A stretch of DNA of 53,233 bases, filler included, from Circinaria calcarea (lineage: Eukaryota), in assembly GCA_051942165.1 (NCBI GenBank). It is 2 parts of 2 records of this genome, joined end to end, with 100 filler letters (N's around TTAATTAATTAA, not from the genome) between each part and the next. Parts side by side here need not be neighbours in the genome. Positions count along the whole stretch, not along the records: positions 26,746 to 53,233 come from JAVECS010000077.1; 1 more part is not named here. One strand, given 5' to 3'. Shown piece by piece: positions 40,870 to 51,700 of this stretch. Positions within the stretch are counted from its first letter, which is position 1. Every line of letters starts with the position of its first letter. Below the pieces are notes generated by a model. That model ran no database searches and was not told the DNA's origin. It was given only the letters and a program-made list of their open reading frames with translations. The translations under genes were made by a program, and so were the position numbers.

Positions 40870-41400
40870 TCATGCCACTCCATCGATTGGCGACCAAAGC
40901 CCTTGGAGATTAGCCATACTCCAAAAATAGCCATTAGAACTGCCGTGAGAAGAGAGTGCAGTGGGGACATGCAGTGAGATAGAGGTCAATGAGACGGAAT
41001 CATGTTTCCTCAAGAAGCCGATAGCACGCACAGCGCGCTTTAGATGGAGAACGATAGTTGGGAATACGCCTGTGGGTAAATGGGAAGAGTGCCTTGAGTG
41101 CCTTGGCAGAAACAGCCAAAATAGAGAGCTGGAAGGGGAGACCTCGAGGAACGAGAAACGCTTGAGGGAACAGTGGATGGACTGGAGGAGACTGCTTGGT
41201 GGAGGCAAGATACCTCTGCCACCAGAGTGGTTGCTGAAATTGAGGCGGAAGAGTGGTGTGGAGACACAGGTCTCCGGGTCAAGCGGGAACGCACGAGGAT
41301 TGAAAGGAAATAGAGGCTTTGACCTAACGAGAAGAAGCCTATATGCAGGCAGGTGATATAGCAAGTGTGGCTATGGTAGCCTAAGGACAGGGGCGCGAAA
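40870..41400 (-). pseudogene. Possible frameshifted F-box-like fungal gene relic
   Basis: APVLRLP*...AYRLLLVRSKPL resembles an F-box-like start. ILAVSAKA and PIYPQAYSQLSFSI fall in different frames. Confidence 0.3.
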
Positions 41401-42305
41401 TACCCACATTGCATTTACTCTTCAGATGATTATGACGTGATTTCATGCTGCAGAGCCGACTTTGCTTCAGGCATTGCACGCGGCGCGGACATATGCAAAA
41501 TGTGTTTGATGGATGGGGATTGGGAAGGATGAAGATTGCGATGGCACAGGCATTGAGGGGCGTAGCAGTAGAAACAAGCACCGGTTGTAAATTAGCAAGG
41601 CCAATGCGCCATTTCAAAGGTTAATGCCGGTAACGTTATCTCCAATAGACTCTCTTTTCCGACTTACTGTGTTTGGATCAGACATGTTAGCTGGCTATTT
41701 GGAGTGTGGCACCGTTATCCATATGCAGTACCTTATCTTACTGGGCCAGCCTTATGGTACCGAGATCCGAGCTTCCGTGCTAAACAACCACTCCAGGCAC
41801 CCTGTGTTGACTGTCGTTAATTAGCTTTCTTTGGTGCGCATGAGGTCCTATGCTCGCTTTTTGCTGGTGCGGCAGATAACCTGCATCGCAGTAGTTGTGT
41901 CACATGGTCGACCAGCAAAAACGTCTTGCTGGGAACACCCAAGGCTGGCCTCGTGCATGCCCCAGGCCGTAGTAAGTCTAGAAGCACTCTTGACTCGAAC
42001 GACAGCGGTCCGAATCACAACGTGGATGCTGTGAGCTTTGTGCTGGACCATATATCTGCATGGACGTTTGCATCTTCCCAGTTGGTTACCCTTCCGTGGG
42101 TGTATAGTTATAAGGGGAGGTTGCTCTCAGCTCTGCAATATGCTTGTCCAACTTCCTATCCCGGTGCCTTTCTTCTCTTCTTCTGCTCAGGATCCTTCCG
42201 ACTAGGTTCTGCTGTTTGCGTGTTACCAAGTTCGATAGCTTTGGTATCGTCTGCACATTTCTTATCTTATCTTAAGGCCACCATTGCTCATACAATCCAC
42301 ACACA

Positions 42306-43536
42306 ATGCTGCGTCCACTCAAGCCTTCTGGAGTGCGGGAGCCTGTTTTCGTAGTAAGTATGTTTCCGATCGTAAATGTCGCCTAAGTGCTAAGAAATCT
42401 TAGGGGGTCGTTTGGGGAGGAATGGCAATTTCATTTCTATTTGTTTGCGCTCGAATATTGATTCGGCTCCGAAGCTTTGGACGGCTTTGGTTCGATGACT
42501 TGTTTGTTGTCATCGGCTGGTTTATGATATTTGCAACAACAATTATCTGGCACTTTGCAGCGAACGGCATGTTTCTCGGTACTGCCGTTGCAAGTGGCCA
42601 ATTATCCCTGGCGGAGTACCCTACATATATACAGAACACCGAATACTACTTGCACTCGTCTATAGCCGTGTTCGTTCTATTCTACTCAAGCCTGGTCGCT
42701 ATCAAGCTTTCCTTTTTGCTTTTTTTCCGCAGACTCACCAATGGGGTCTATGTCAGGGTGCAGATCATCCAATGGTGGGTAGTTTTTGGAATTACAATCT
42801 CCAGCTGGTTCGCAAATTTTGGGACTATCAACTACAAGTGCTTGGCGCCACCGATCTTACAGATCGCCGCAAACTGCTCGGAGCAATCGTTTATCTATTA
42901 CTACCAACGCACTCTTATTGCCAATTGCGCAATGGACGTTGCCACAGACGCACTGAGTATATATTCTATTGCCAACACAGTCTATACGACGTCTAATTTG
43001 GTATTTAGTTATAACGATTCCAATTGTGATCCTTTGGAATGTTAGGATTAGCCCGCGCCAAAAACTAGCTTTGGCCGGTATTTTCTCCTTGACGATTGTC
43101 ACAATGACCTTTGCCATTGTCCGCGTCGCGGTCCTCAGCACTAATAATCGCTCGCCTGGTGGTAGCTGGCTGTATTTATGGAGCTCGATAGAGTCTGTGA
43201 TCGGTATGTAGTTTGATACCATCTGCTGACCATATATTTAATCCCTCGGCAGCTGTTATCATTTCCTGCCTGGTCTCCTTCCGTACCCTCTTTTCCAAAC
43301 AGGATAACCGCCCGCCTCCAACTGGCAGATACATCAAAATAAGCCAAAGAATCAACGACACGTTCAGGCGTCTTTTAAGTGGCAAACGTAACAATAGTAC
43401 CGTTGCTATGCGGAACATGGTCGATAAGTCTACACAAAACCGAACCAAGAAAAGCGAAAACAGTAACCACTTCAGCGCCCCATCCGACGAGCATATTCTC
43501 CATGAGGAAATGGCCTATGGACAGTCGCCGGCTTGA
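42306..43536 (+). CDS. PTH11-like / fungal rhodopsin-domain integral membrane protein (no CFEM domain)
   Basis: Four exons. ARILIR...LWFDDLFV..GW, IKLSFLLFFRRL, MDVATDALIITIP..ILWNVRIS.RQKLAL.GIFSL and WSSIE...AVIISCL.SFR.LF. Confidence 0.9.
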
Positions 43537-44427
43537 AGCATAAGGGCTTTAGCTGCTGGTGGTGGAGCAATCTTGGAGCTTAGAGGTCGCGAACAAGGTC
43601 AAGTAGTCTAGCTGGAATCCATAGCTCTCGGTATTAATGCCACTGCCTGAATGGGATAGGCAAACCTGCGGTTAAACGGATTAGGATTTAGTATACGCCT
43701 ATGTACCTGCTTCTGTTGGAGTACGATTTGCTGAGCTGTAGGAAGGATACTTGTGACTGGCCTTGATAATACTTACCTATTGCATAGCTCGTCACCAGCA
43801 TAACCAGTTACAATATCCACATCGTTCCCCCTTCACTTGAAACTGCGCGTTAAAGTCTCTATGTAAATTTTGGCTCTCAATAGCTACTTGAATGTCGGCA
43901 GACACCCCGTTCCACGAGACCTTTACTAGTGAGTGTATACGGTGCTGTGTGAAGGAAACATCTACCCTATCTAAATAGGGCTTATTCACAATCACTGCGC
44001 TACTGGAGATCTTCATTCTATCAGCACGTGCCGATAGCGCTGCAGAAAAAACCAGGGCGTTTTATGAACCCTCCCCACGCTAGTTCCAACAAAAACAAAG
44101 CCCCTAGCTCTATAGATCCCGCCAAGACTTACAATTGGGCTTCAACGGGCTAACTAACAGCTCCTGCCCAAACATTTTCTAACCTGCAAAAAGCAGAAAT
44201 GAGATAAGGGACCCAGGTTTAATCCTCAAAGCTGGCTAGAGTACTCCGTACAGTACAGCCTTGCCTCCAACGACGCCTCCAAGCAGCAGAAGGCCCTACG
44301 AGATCGGCCTTTCGCACCGTGCATGGCTGATGTCTCTTTTCCCCTCCCCTCCAATTAGCCAGAGAGAAAGAATATTACTCTAGACGAGTAGTGCTTGTTG
44401 ACAGCTAATGGTTATCAACGCTATAGA

Positions 44428-44998
44428 TAGCGCCGCCGGTAATCCGGCAGTCCGGACTGGACTGGACTGCTGGATTGACAGTTCATACTAATAGTGTAGG
44501 GTAGCTGGACTGGACTGGACTGAACTGTCAGTCTGGACTGCAGGCCAGGCACTAATTTTAATGGAAATTGAGTACAGGGGAAGAACTAGGGAGCTTTCGG
44601 AATATTATTTCTTCCGGCTAGCTTAGGCTCTATGGTAAGCTGGGCTTAATTAGGCTTTTTCAACATACTATTATTAGCGCTGTAATTATTCTCAGAGCTC
44701 CCAAATACTTTTCAAACCGTTGCTCATGCGTACCGGACCGTGTGTTGATTGGATATAGCGTTGGGATTGGTTAAGCAAAGGTTGGTACGGATTAGAAACT
44801 GGGGTGGCACTGTTCGGAATATGCATAAGCGACGGTCTAAGGGATAAGAGAATTTTTATGCTTCTTAAGAACTATTCTACTATATAATTTAAGCTTTAGC
44901 AGTCCGGACTGAACTATTAATCCCGGTTCACCCTTGGACTGTCAAGGAAGTCACAGTTCAGGGCCCAGACTGGACTGTTGGGACTACTGGCGGCGCTG
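44428..44998. mobile_element. Non-autonomous TIR DNA transposon (MITE-like, hAT-like termini)
   Basis: Left end TAGCGCCGCCGGTAATCCGGCAGTCCGGACTGG matches the reverse complement of the right end CAGCGCCGCCAGTAGTCCCAACAGTCCAGTCTGG. Subterminal GGACT repeats, no ORF. Flanks GCTATAGA / ACTATACC are only a partial target-site duplication. Confidence 0.75.
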
Positions 44999-45258
44999 AC
45001 TATACCCAGACGGTCAAATGTGGTAAAGACACCCAGCCACGAGGTCTAAGGAGGTTAACCTTGGAGTACCTCAGGCGTGTGGGTAACCCGATAGAGCTGT
45101 GATACTGGCCGGCTTCAGATGTATCAACCTCGTATTGGGCGGTGAAGTTGACGAACCCTAAGCGACCTCGTCGTCGGGGGCTAAGCCGTAGTAGTTGTGG
45201 GGTGTCATCGGAGTCTGCCTGCATACCGAAGTTGGGTGGGGCATTGGAATCCTTAGTT

Positions 45259-47189
45259 TCATTTCTTCTCCAACCACTGGAGCGCCACACTCTCCGGACG
45301 CCTCATCTGTAATAGTAGCACAATACGACTGTCCCGTACAACATCCAACGCCCGCTTCCGGGCTTCATCCTCGCTCTCACCTTTCTCTGGTACCACTTTG
45401 ACCCTGTGCCTTCGGAACAAGGCCACCATCGACGCCACGAACTCGACCTGCCCGAATTTCTTTCCCGGGCACACACGCGCCCCGTCCGACCAGGGCACGT
45501 AAGCTCCCTTGGGTGGTGTGTGTAGGTACTCGCATGCAAGTGGTGGCGCGCTGCCTGAGCTAGGACTAGCTAAAATCCAGCGAGTGGGTCGCCAGACGAG
45601 GGCGTCATCGCCCCAATATTTCGGGTGTGAGTGGATGGCGTTGATGTTCAGGATGACACGGCTCTGGGCTGGAATGGTGATCTCGCGGCCATTGAGTGTG
45701 AGGACTTGAGGCGCTGCGCCAGTGGTTTTGGCGATGCCTATAAGCGGGTCCCAAAGGCGGAGGGTCTCGAGCTATGGGAATGTGGGTTAGAAGACTAGTT
45801 CAATAAGGTGTGAGTGCCTCTGCTCTTAAGGAGAAGGCATAGAGTGGAGGTTGGTAGAAGTAGATTACTTACCAGAACGGCGAGGCAACGGTTCAGCTTA
45901 GGATATATTTCGCTATAATTCCAGGTAGAGCTGTCCTCGTCTGTGATAGCAGCATTGATCTCTTCGGAGATCCAGTCCTGGACTTCTGGGTGCGCTGCAA
46001 GGAGATAGAGAGCCCAGTTGAGAGTAATGGCCATGGTATCGTGTCCAGCAAAGTTGTAGACAAAGATGTTGCCGTATATCTCGTCCTCGGTAAGACCTCT
46101 TGCCAATGGGCCTTCGGTGCTAGCACTTGTTGATAATTTGGACACTCCCTCCGAAGCTCGTACCAAAGACTTGATAATATTTTCTCCACCAGGTTTGTTC
46201 TGAGCAATAAGCCGTTTCTCTTCCTGAACCATCACTGTCATGTGAAACTTGAAATCGACCGTCGCTTGGCCGATCTGTCTCCAGCTCCTAAGTAAAAATT
46301 TCCGTGTAAGGAACTTGGGGCCAAGAATCAGAATCAATAGGGAGTTTTCCAAAATCAAAGCGAGCGAGTCTCTGTAATTGAACATATAACCCGGCTTAGG
46401 CGGCTCCGCAGATTTCTTGAAAGAGTACGGCTTGCCAAATCCTGCTCCAGACAGAACATGGAGGGATAGAGTTCGGGTGTCCTTGGCCGTGCGTCTGATG
46501 GGGATCTTCAATGACTTCCAGAAGTGCAAGACCTCATCCGCTTGCCGTAAAGCCTCGACCCATACTAGACTACTGTTTTGCTCGTTGAAACGTGTGCTTG
46601 TCAGTTTGCGCTGACGTTGCCAATCTGCCCCTTGTGCCTATCTTATTCTCAGCGAGTTCAGTCGGCTAGGTACATGTCGTTTCGCTTACCGTTGAGATAT
46701 TCGGGCCAAAGACGTCTAGCATTGCTGTATCGAATAGTCAGCGACAGCTCTGGCAACAAGGTGCTACGGCATAGGAAAGAAGGCAACGCGTGAGGACATA
46801 CCTAACATCTCAGGGGGACGATCGAAGCCATTGCGGCGCTGGAAGATCTCGTTAAAGGCCTCGGCATTGCAAACATAAACCCAATTGTGAGCGGGCGTAA
46901 CAAGGACTACGCCATCGCCAAGTCTGAGATGTGTCTTGTTCTTGTCATGGTACTCCCAACCAAGTCGGCCATACCTCGTGACAGAGCAGTCCCCAAAGAT
47001 AGCCTTGACGATGGGCAATACACTACTGGAAGTAAGCATCCATACCGGATTATCTGGACTAACTGGAAGCAAAATGACAGGAATTCCAATTCTACGCGCT
47101 ATCATGTAGTTGAGGAAAAGACAGTAGCCATTGTGGAGCGCAAAGGCTAAGGGTGGTAGAACCAGCAGCAACAGTACAGATTTTGCCAT
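45259..47189 (-). CDS. Cytochrome P450 monooxygenase
   Basis: Four exons splice to an uninterrupted frame: N-terminal membrane anchor, WQRQRK (C-helix), FAGHDT (I-helix), ETLR (K-helix), PTRW and PWSDGARVCPG (heme Cys). Confidence 0.93.
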
Positions 47190-47224
47190 CACGACGCACT
47201 AAATCGCTTGGAGATAATAATGCA

Positions 47225-47298
47225 CTGATCGGATATCTCGCGGCACACGTTCATAGAGTCCTTTTGCCTAGTTTACGTGCCGCGAAATATCCGATCAG
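47225..47298. repeat. 22-bp inverted repeat (21/22 match, 30-nt spacer) immediately upstream of the P450 ATG
   Basis: CTGATCGGATATCTCGCGGCAC (47225-47246) and GTGCCGCGAAATATCCGATCAG (47277-47298). Confidence 0.9.
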
Positions 47299-48772
47299 CC
47301 TCCGGGCTGAGGCCGACATAGGGCTGAGCTAGCTACGGCCTAGCATCTTTTCAGCCCCTAAGACAAGGCATGAGATTAACCCGCAGACTTGTCTTGCTGC
47401 ACTTATAATCAAGTAAATGTTTCCTGGTTTCGGGCGCTTCCTAACATATGGCGATATCGTGTGTTGTGATGAAGGGCTGTTTGGGGCTTTCCCTTTTCGA
47501 TCTAGCGCCTGGCGGTGCTCTAGCTTGGTCCGATAAGATAAATACTATGGTCGCAGGGAATTAGGGTTAAGGTTACGCTAGTAGATCAATGCCCAATGTA
47601 GCTAAAACTTCGCTAACTACCAATCAGATCAGAGAGTTAACCAAAAATTTTAGTGGCTTCAGCGTGGCGTTAACAGCTAATTCCCCTGCTAGATGTTAGC
47701 GCGAGTTTCGACCAACCCCGGTACGCTCAGCAGAGGCTGTATAAATTCTCAGCAAAAGGAGCTGTAGTATGGAGGGTGTCCTCCGGTGTATATTCCAGCT
47801 TTCTGTATGAAATCAAACTGTCATTTGGGCCCTAAATGATTATTGTAAGGGATCACGCTAACATCTATTATGCCTGCGACCACAGTAGGGGGCCGACTTC
47901 CTCCACCTCACCGAGTTACCGTGTAACCCGAGCCGAGCCATCTAAAAAGGGATGAAAACTTATATGGGAGTAGAGTTTTGAAACGCACGGTAGGCATTTC
48001 AAGTCCATAAGGGGTTGGGGATCAATTAGCCTCAGCAACCCATTGATCTCCGGATAAGGGTTTGAATGCTAAGCCAATACCTCGTGACCTCGGTGTATAG
48101 TTTATTTGTAGGGTTCGTAAGGGTTTTCTGATAAAATCTCTATTATGGCGTCAGTGCCATATTACGGAAGGTTTAGCTTCGGAACGGGGTAACCTTGGAT
48201 CGGTTGCTCAATATGCTTGTGGAGGTGAGGAAGGTGAGCAACGTACTATATAGGCAGGCTATTCCCGCTCTTCAGAATAGCATGCTTATAAACACCAACA
48301 ACTGGAACAATAGAACCTATTACGTCCCAGGTAATAGTGCACCACGGAGTGACTCTATTCCTTATACAAGTCTAGCCTATCCTAGCACCCTTATAGAATA
48401 CGCCTGGCTTAGGGTGAATGAGCCTAGTTTTTATTATATACCGGGGCAAAATTTAAATACCGAACGACCCCCGGAAAGCTTGGCGACCCGCCTTGACACG
48501 GGGTCTTTATATAACTTAATACCAATTCTAAAAATGGAGAAGCAGTATTTCATCCTCCCACCTCCAATTTATAGAATTCATAATAATGGCCCAAAGAAAA
48601 GAGCGATATTAGGTTCGCATATACGTCTTGAACAGCTATCTCATTGAGACCCGTTTGAGTGAACTTTCTTAGGTAAGGATATAAGATCGAAGTCCCAGGA
48701 AGAATGAAATGGATAAAATTATTCGTCGCTAATTTCGCTTCTCTCCTCTTCATCGCTAAATTCACTTTCCTC

Positions 48773-51700
48773 TTAACCATCGACACTATGCAGCTCGATC
48801 TCAGCGGACGCTTCCCGTAGCAAGATTACCACTTCTGTATGCTCGTACCTTTCTGCCCAATACAATGCCTTATGGCCATGATCATCTTCGGCTTTCAGTT
48901 CCGCCCCACTTTCTAACAACAATTGTACCACTGCCGTATGCCCCTGCGATGCTGCATAATTTAATGCTGTCCAGCCATCGTGGTCTTTGGCTTCCAGTTC
49001 CGCTCCTTTTTCTAATAGCAAGTGTACCGTTTCTGTATGGTCTTTTGCTGCTGCCAAGTGCAGTGCAGTGCGGCCTTTATCTTCTCTGGCTTCTATTTCC
49101 GCTCCTTTTTCTAATAGCAAGTGTAGAGTTTCTGTATGGCCTTTAATTGCTGCCAAGTGCAGTGCTGTGTAGCCTTCATTTTCTCTGACTTCTATTTCCG
49201 CCCCTTTTTCTAATAGCAAGTGTACCGTTTCTGTATGGCCTTTAATTGCTGCCAAGAGCAGTGCTGTGTAGCCTTCATCGTCTCTGGGTTCTATTTCCGC
49301 TCCCTTTTCTAATAGCAAGTGTACCGTTGCTGTATGACTATATCTTGATGCCAAATGCAGTGCTGTGTAGCCTTCATCGTCTCTGGGTTCTATTTCCGCT
49401 CCCTTTTCTAATAGCAAGTGTACCGTTGCTGTATGACTATATCTTGATGCCAAATACAGTGCTGTGTGGCCATGGTTGTTTTTGGCTTCCAATTTTGCAC
49501 CTTTTTCAATTAGTACCTCTATCACTTCTAGTTCACCGGAACTTGCTGCACAATGTAGTGCTGTAAAGTCATTATTCTCTGTGGCTTCCATTTCCGCCCC
49601 CTTTTCTAATAGCAATCGTATGACTGCCGTATGCCCCTGTCTTGCTGCTATAAATAGTGCTGTGCAGCCACTATTTGATCTGGCTTCCAGTTCCGCCCCC
49701 TTTTCCAACAGCCATTGCACCATTGCTGTTCGCTCGTATTTTACTGCATGAAGCAGTGCTGTCAAGCCAGCCTCATCTCTTGCTTCTAATTCCACCATCC
49801 CTTTTTCCCACAGCGTTTGTGCCATTTCGATGTTTCCGTTCTCTGCTGCAAGATGCAAAATTGTTGTGTCTCTCTCAGTGACTTGCAGATTAGAGGACGT
49901 CTTTTCCAGTAAAAGCCGCATCATTTCTAGATCCCCATTCTTGGCAGCCCACCGTAATACTGACTGTCCGGGGTCGACGTTACCTATTATACTAACATTC
50001 TTTTTCAACATCAGTTTCACCACTGCTCTATGTTCTTTGACAGCTGCCATTTGCAGGGCTGTGCGTCCACCCCAGTCCTGCGACTCAACAGAAGCTCCCT
50101 TCTCTAGCAGTAACTCCACCATCGTCTCTTGCCCAGTTGTAGCTGCCAAACACAGTGCTGTTCTTCCACTATAGTCCCTTATCTCCGAATCGGCGTTTTT
50201 ATTTAATAAAAACGCCACTATCGTCTCTCGCTTATGTGAAACCCCAAGGTGCAGGCCAGTTTTCTTCCAGTATTCACTGTGTTGATTCCAATCAACATCA
50301 TCAAAGGTTCCTAGGAATTCCAAAATGGATAATGAACCAAGCCAACAAGCCAGGAGTATGGGGTTGGGTGGCGAGCTAATTGCCGCCCCTAACAAGGCCC
50401 TGAGAGGATGTTCCCATTTAAGAGAGTTCAATAATGTATCTGCGTCTGATACCCACCTTGCGAACATGGAAGTAGTGTCGCGGTAATGTTGTAGGAATTT
50501 TCCTAGATTTCCTTTCAGACTATCTCTTTGTCGGTCGCTTCCAACGCATTGAAAATGAACAGGCCAGTATAGGACTGCATAGGATTTAAACAACTCATTA
50601 CCGTTGGCAGTTGAGGCTGATGTATATATGCATGTATTGAGACATCTTTCCAGAGCGAGCGTGTGTGTTACCATGTCGGTGTAGTCACCGCGACCCTCAA
50701 AATACTCTCTCACGGATAAATGTGCAAATCGAAATAGATCGAGCTCTGCATCTAGAACCACCATGTTACAGCACATATGCAACAAATCAGAAACTGATAG
50801 AGCAGTGTATCGTCCCTCAGAGTTCATTGAGATAGCGGCGATGAATTCTGAGGTTTTGAGGGGACGTTGAGCACAAAGAAGCCATTTTATCACTTTGTCT
50901 GCTGTTGGCCAGCTTATGCGTCCAGAGTTCCTGATTCTTCCAAAAGTAATGTCGTATGATTCTTTCAATGACCTTGGAAGCCGCCCAAGCTCTTCTTCGA
51001 TATCCCCTTCGTGCTTTATCCGTTCAAAATCGCAAAGACTCTGGATCTGCAGACTAACCCAACGAAACCTAATACATATCAGCCGAGGGAAATAATCAGT
51101 TATTTGGTATGCAACGTACATTCCTTGGGATCCCCTGATAAGAGTATCTATGATTCGAGTTTTCATATCCTCTGATAAGTTGCCACCGAGGAGTCTTTTA
51201 TCTGCGATGCACTGGCTCACTTCGGATTGAACAAAACGCTTGATATCCTCCCTATTGTCGCTCGAACGAATAAATACATTCGGAGAATATTTTAACCGGC
51301 AAACAATATCGTTATCATCTCGACTCGATACAAAGACCTTGATAAGATTTGCCGATTTCTGAATAATTTCATCCAGAGCCATAAGTACGTCGTGTCGCCG
51401 ACTAGAATCGCATTCATCCAGAGCATCAATAATAATCGTTGCTGGACTGTTATCCAAGATAGCAAGAATAAGCTCTACACATTCGTTGATTGTTAATTTC
51501 GCCGGGTCACAGCCGTCATCTCCAGCTTCTTCTTGCCTTTCCTTGTACATCTTAACAACCGGCTCTTTGATTGGAAAGTCCGATTTTGAGCAGGATAACT
51601 GTTTCAGTAAACTTCGCATGACCTCGTCGGGGTCAGCGCGCTGCGGCTCACTCGCATTACGCTCACAGTAAAAGTAGGCAATTGGGGCGGATGCTTCCTT

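Noticed and set aside
44450..44540. Short regular GGACT repeats considered as an array
   Set aside because: Pentamer repeats without spacers, explained as subterminal repeats of the MITE; not CRISPR-like
45465..45498. P450 heme motif WSDGARVCPG instead of FxxGxRxCxG
   Set aside because: The Cys ligand is retained, and Trp at this position occurs in other fungal P450s; not evidence of novelty
47561..47575. TTAGGGTTAAGGTTA, telomere-like or telomerase-template-like
   Set aside because: Only about 1.5 perfect units, which is expected by chance in 53 kb; no supporting structure recognised
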